Virus record (IMG/VR): IMGVR_UViG_3300029908_000008
Strand: one strand, 5' to 3'
DNA from: an uncultured virus (IMG/VR IMGVR_UViG_3300029908_000008)
Lineage: Duplodnaviria > Heunggongvirae > Uroviricota > Caudoviricetes
DNA: 64,000 bases
The notes under the pieces were generated by a model. It did no database searches, was not told the origin of the DNA, and saw only the letters and a list, made by a program, of their open reading frames with translations. The position numbers and the translations under genes were made by a program. Shown piece by piece: positions 60,244 to 64,000 of this stretch. Every line of letters begins with the position of its first letter. Positions within the stretch are counted from its first letter, which is position 1.

Positions 60244-61326
60244 ATGAAAGTAGCATTTATCAGTGTTTATGGTACAAAATGCGGTATTGCCACTTATAAT
60301 GCTGAACTTTTGTCAAAATTAAGTAAATTATGTGAAATTAAAATTTTTGCAGAAAATGCTGATCTGCCTAATGAAGAAAATGTTATAAGATGTTGGGATA
60401 GAAATTCATCCAATAAATCATTATTGTTAAAAAATCTAAAAGAATATAATCCTGATATTGTTCATATTGGTCATGAATATGGATTTTTCCCAAAATCATA
60501 TTATTTTACATTATTGATGACACAACTTCATAAATTCAAAACAGTTGTGACATTGCACTCAGTTTACGATCATAAAGATAAAGTAGTACAGGAGTCAATG
60601 ATAGATCATATTATTTGCCACTCAGAAAACGCCAAAAAATGCCTAGAAAATAAAGGTGTATTATCTGATATAAATGTTATTAATCACGGTATAAAGAGTT
60701 TTATGCCAAATAATGAGTTGTTACCAAAACTATGGAATACTTGGGGTACTCATACTATTGTTCATCCTGGTTTTCTACTTGGGTATAAAGGTCATTTAAG
60801 AATGTTAGACGTAATGAAAATCTTAATAGCAAAATATCCAGAATCACAATATATTATTTTAGGCTCTGAAAACCCACAAAATCAAAAAGAGCATGATGAT
60901 CTTTATAATCAATTATTGACCAAAATTGATGAACTAAATTTGCAAAATAATATTACCATTAAAAGAGGCTTTTTAAGTGAAGATGTCATGTTTTCTTATA
61001 TTAGAACAGCATCAGTAGTAGTATTGCCATATCAGCCTCATCCTGATCATAATGTTTATGCTAGTAGCGGAATAGCAAGACTTGCCTTAGCCACTACAAC
61101 ACCATTGGTAACAAGTAATGCACATTTGTTTGATGATATTACTAATCTAGCGCCACATAGCGATGATAATCACGAATTAGCAAATTATATTTCACATTAT
61201 TTTGAACAAGATGGAATCAATGAAAAAGAATATAATAATAGAAAATTATTTTTAGAAAAAAACAATTGGGACAATATTGCATCTCTTACTTTTGAAACAT
61301 ATAATAAAATACTAAGTAATAAATAA
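60244..61326 (+). CDS. Glycosyltransferase family 4
   Basis: KCGIATY, VHIGHEYG, TLHSV, INHG, GFL..YKG, VVLPY, SG. Confidence 0.88.
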   Translation: MKVAFISVYGTKCGIATYNAELLSKLSKLCEIKIFAENADLPNEENVIRCWDRNSSNKSLLLKNLKEYNPDIVHIGHEYGFFPKSYYFTLLMTQLHKFKTVVTLHSVYDHKDKVVQESMIDHIICHSENAKKCLENKGVLSDINVINHGIKSFMPNNELLPKLWNTWGTHTIVHPGFLLGYKGHLRMLDVMKILIAKYPESQYIILGSENPQNQKEHDDLYNQLLTKIDELNLQNNITIKRGFLSEDVMFSYIRTASVVVLPYQPHPDHNVYASSGIARLALATTTPLVTSNAHLFDDITNLAPHSDDNHELANYISHYFEQDGINEKEYNNRKLFLEKNNWDNIASLTFETYNKILSNK

Positions 61327-61328
61327 AA

Positions 61329-61652
61329 ATGAAACCACCATATTTATATGTTTTTGTTAGAAAAGATTTAACGATCCAAGATCAAATGTGTCAAGCATGT
61401 CATGCATCGCAAATTTCCGGCGCACATTATGGTTGCCCTGAAAATTGTCATATTGTTGTGTTGGAAGTTTTAGATGAAAAAGAATTACTAGTTACTAGTT
61501 TGATATGTAGCAAAGCCAAAATTCAATATATTATTTTTGATGAACCATCTAATGCAGAGAATGAAGCACTTGGCTTCACAGCATTAGCAACAGAACCAAT
61601 TTCTCAGAATAAGCGACAATATTTTTCTAAATATAAATTATGGAGTTTTTAA
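61329..61652 (+). CDS. Peptidyl-tRNA hydrolase 2-like protein
   Basis: YVFVRKDL...QACHA...VVL.V.DE..L...F.EP...TALA. Confidence 0.7.
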   Translation: MKPPYLYVFVRKDLTIQDQMCQACHASQISGAHYGCPENCHIVVLEVLDEKELLVTSLICSKAKIQYIIFDEPSNAENEALGFTALATEPISQNKRQYFSKYKLWSF

Positions 61653-62159
61653 ATAATTAGGTGGCTTTAAATATCCATGCTCTTTTAAAAAAGTATTAAA
61701 TTTTTCGTTCTTCATAGTGCTTCTATGAAGAAATTGGTAATTTTTATCCATGAAATCTTTTGAAAAATCTTCAAAACTTCTTTGTTCAAACAGATTTGCC
61801 CAATACACTTTATCTTTATACTTATTTATAAAATTTTCTGATAATTTATAGTAAAAACTAAAATTTGTCCAATCGGCTCTGGTTAATTTAGTGTCTATTA
61901 AAATAATTTCTATTTCTTTTTCTGTAAGTTTGAAATTTTTATTGTAACATATAGTAAAAAAATTAATCATATGCCTAAATTTATATATAAAATCAAATGA
62001 TAAATTTTGATTCACACATATCGTATTCCATTCAACATAATTTTGAAATTCAATTAAGAATTTTTCCTCTAATTTATATTCTTTGCATAATTTATACCAA
62101 TTATATTTTTTAGGATATTTTCTTATTTTATTTATTTTTTCTTCAGTTAGAGTTTTCAT
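61638..62159 (-). CDS. Tryptophan-repeat family protein
   Basis: Repeated L.E.F...F.D.V.W..I...Q.LS units; ends PPNYLKTP. Confidence 0.75.
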   Translation of the reverse strand: MKTLTEEKINKIRKYPKKYNWYKLCKEYKLEEKFLIEFQNYVEWNTICVNQNLSFDFIYKFRHMINFFTICYNKNFKLTEKEIEIILIDTKLTRADWTNFSFYYKLSENFINKYKDKVYWANLFEQRSFEDFSKDFMDKNYQFLHRSTMKNEKFNTFLKEHGYLKPPNYLKTP

Positions 62160-62477
62160 TTATTTTAAATACCTCGGACATTTTATCATATTTTTTTTTA
62201 ATGCAGAGTAAAATTTTGGAGCAATTTCATTATAACAATTTTTATTCCAAAGATTAATTGTTGATTCTATTTTTGGTCTATGTTTTTTATAAAATTTATA
62301 TGATAATTTATCGTAATCTAAAGAATAATAACACATAGGCGACCACTCTAAAAAAACATCATATTTATTCACAAATTCTTCATCAAATTTGTATTTTCTA
62401 TACTCTAACATGTTCCAATTGAACAATGCTGGGTTCTTTTCAATTTGTTTAATTATATATTTTGGTATTTTTTTCAT
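62160..62477 (-). CDS. Tryptophan-repeat family paralog
   Basis: FNW...FDEEFVNKY...LEW; ends CPRYLK. Confidence 0.7.
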   Translation of the reverse strand: MKKIPKYIIKQIEKNPALFNWNMLEYRKYKFDEEFVNKYDVFLEWSPMCYYSLDYDKLSYKFYKKHRPKIESTINLWNKNCYNEIAPKFYSALKKNMIKCPRYLK

Positions 62478-62675
62478 TTATTTTTTTAAATATTCTGGAC
62501 AATCATTAGGAATATATAATTTGAATTGTTTTTTAAACGTATCTTTGGATGTTGTACCGCAATTACTTACATCAAGCACATTTTCATAGTCAACATCAAA
62601 TCTTGTAGTAGAACAAACTTTAACAATAAGATTTGTTTTAATTTTACTAATATAAACTTCGCCTGGATTAATCAC
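62478..62675 (-). CDS. Small hypothetical protein
   Basis: Abuts both neighbours; ends CPEYLKK. Confidence 0.65.
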   Translation of the reverse strand: MINPGEVYISKIKTNLIVKVCSTTRFDVDYENVLDVSNCGTTSKDTFKKQFKLYIPNDCPEYLKK

Positions 62676-63253
62676 GATAAGTATTTTGGTTTCACATTAA
62701 TTTTATATTTTTTCAATGCTTGATGAAATTTTATATATTCTTCTTTAAGACTTTGGAATCCAGTATTATTTACAAAATTTACAAACGTACTTCTTATTTT
62801 ATATTGAAATTTTCTTAGAAATATTTCGGAAATTTTATCGAAATCTACTGCATAACAAATATTAATCCAACTAATTTGTTTAGAATAATCTGTGATGAAA
62901 GTTTCTGATAATGGATGTCTTGACAAATTAATCCAAATATATTTATTATTAAATAAATACGCATATTTTCTTAAAAAATCTTCAGAAAAACCTGGCAATC
63001 TTGGTTTTTTATAAAAAATTCCTATCCAGTGTATATATTTAGAAGTATAATCAGAATCAATCAATAATTCTGTGATAAATTCTTCAGAAAGATATTGCTT
63101 GTCACAGACAATATCCCATTCTAAATAATCTTTAAATTCTCTCATAAAATCTTCAGAAAGTATATAATTTAAAGATATATCATACCAAATATATTTTTCT
63201 GGATTTAATCTAATTTTAGATATTTTATTTTCAGTGAGTTGTTTGGGCTTCAT
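62672..63253 (-). CDS. Tryptophan-repeat family paralog
   Basis: LSEDFMREFKDYLEW, LSEEFI, FSEDFL, LSETFI; ends KPKYLS. Confidence 0.78.
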   Translation of the reverse strand: MKPKQLTENKISKIRLNPEKYIWYDISLNYILSEDFMREFKDYLEWDIVCDKQYLSEEFITELLIDSDYTSKYIHWIGIFYKKPRLPGFSEDFLRKYAYLFNNKYIWINLSRHPLSETFITDYSKQISWINICYAVDFDKISEIFLRKFQYKIRSTFVNFVNNTGFQSLKEEYIKFHQALKKYKINVKPKYLS

Positions 63254-63255
63254 AG

Positions 63256-63756
63256 TTATAAATCCATTAGTTTTAAATTTTCTTTATTCCAAAATCTAAT
63301 ATATGCAAGTCTCATTAATTTAGTTCTCTCTTTATCAAGTAGTTTTCTACCATGAATTAAATCCGGCGCGGATTTAAGAATTTCAACAATAAATTTTTTA
63401 CCTACAATCTTTATTGATAATAATCCAGCGTAATCAGGGATATCATTAATTAAACTATCTGCTAAATCACTAGGCATCGCAAACCAAAATTTATGAATCA
63501 AATGGTTATCTATAACTGTAGATTTGTATTTTTTAATTCCATAAACTAATTTTTTATGTTTAAGTTTTTTAGATTTAAATTCCCTTTTAAAATCCGCCGC
63601 GCTTATTTTAATTTCTACTTCTTCTAACCAATCATTCTTGTTTAGTACAAGAATGTCCGCTTCGTATCCAGTAAATTTGCATCTTGGTACAATTATTTGA
63701 TCTAAAAAATTCCAATGTTTAGTGGCAAGAATTCTTGTGATATCAGTAGAAGTCAT
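63256..63756 (-). CDS. PD-(D/E)XK nuclease-like protein (MmcB-like)
   Basis: EADIL...EVEIKIS..DF..E..K; FWFAMP; PDYAGL. Confidence 0.72.
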   Translation of the reverse strand: MTSTDITRILATKHWNFLDQIIVPRCKFTGYEADILVLNKNDWLEEVEIKISAADFKREFKSKKLKHKKLVYGIKKYKSTVIDNHLIHKFWFAMPSDLADSLINDIPDYAGLLSIKIVGKKFIVEILKSAPDLIHGRKLLDKERTKLMRLAYIRFWNKENLKLMDL

Positions 63757-63765
63757 TTACTAGAT

Positions 63766-64000
63766 TCAAGACAATAATGGATTATATCTTGTACCGTCCT
63801 CATCACAATAAATTAGTTCCGCATCAGGCAATACCATCTGACCATTAACAGTGTTAATATTAATAAACAATTCTTCAGACTTTGCTTGTTGCACAACTAA
63901 GTCCTCATTATCATAAATAAAAGTCCATCCTCTAATTTCAGTGAGTGGTTTACCATTGTTATGCAATTCTTCTAATGGGCTTTTTACAGTTACAGATGCT
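63766..64000 (-). CDS. Partial CDS entering from beyond the window end
   Basis: Frame is open from the window edge (ASVTVKSPLEELHNNGKP...) to the stop at 63766. Confidence 0.6.
   Translation of the reverse strand, partial: ASVTVKSPLEELHNNGKPLTEIRGWTFIYDNEDLVVQQAKSEELFININTVNGQMVLPDAELIYCDEDGTRYNPLLS

Noticed and set aside
61638..63253. Diversity-generating retroelement behind the paralog array
   Set aside because: No reverse transcriptase or near-identical template/variable repeat pair seen

Overview
AT-rich (roughly 25-30% GC by eye), densely coded window in standard genetic code 11. It reads as part of a large (jumbo/huge) tailed dsDNA bacteriophage genome; no tRNA, rRNA or CRISPR array was seen. 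Recognisable genes: nucleotide metabolism (tandem-domain ThyX, GMP reductase/IMPDH-family, Nudix-dTMP kinase fusion), chaperones (Hsp70, two J-domain proteins, Hsp20), glycan genes (GT4, GT-B-like, DUF5672, pyruvyltransferase), cell-wall enzymes (SLT-like lysozyme, NlpC/P60, degenerate GH108), an NRAMP-family transporter, SpeD, PIN-PhoH with an intein, a subtilase with a mini-intein, a trypsin-like protease, an SF2 helicase, a tail/baseplate cluster with a 2657-aa fibre-like protein, and a divergent capsid-protein paralog. The most interesting structure is not in the family calls. (1) A shared N-terminal helical tag (D-x-x-G-x-[YF]-x-x-A-[DNS]) and a [KR]-x-[AS]-Q motif recur on many otherwise unrelated proteins, suggesting a virion-targeting and maturation-cleavage system. 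(2) Two promoter classes, GTATAA[TA]-N5-9-start and AGG-N16-17-WWKAA-N9-14-start, imply mostly leaderless transcripts and correlate with gene type. (3) A promoter plus predicted pseudoknotted leader is enclosed by 14-bp inverted repeats at 13429-13527. (4) A C-terminal P-x-Y-L-[KS] tag ends four adjacent ORFs. All family assignments are from motif recognition by eye, not database searches.
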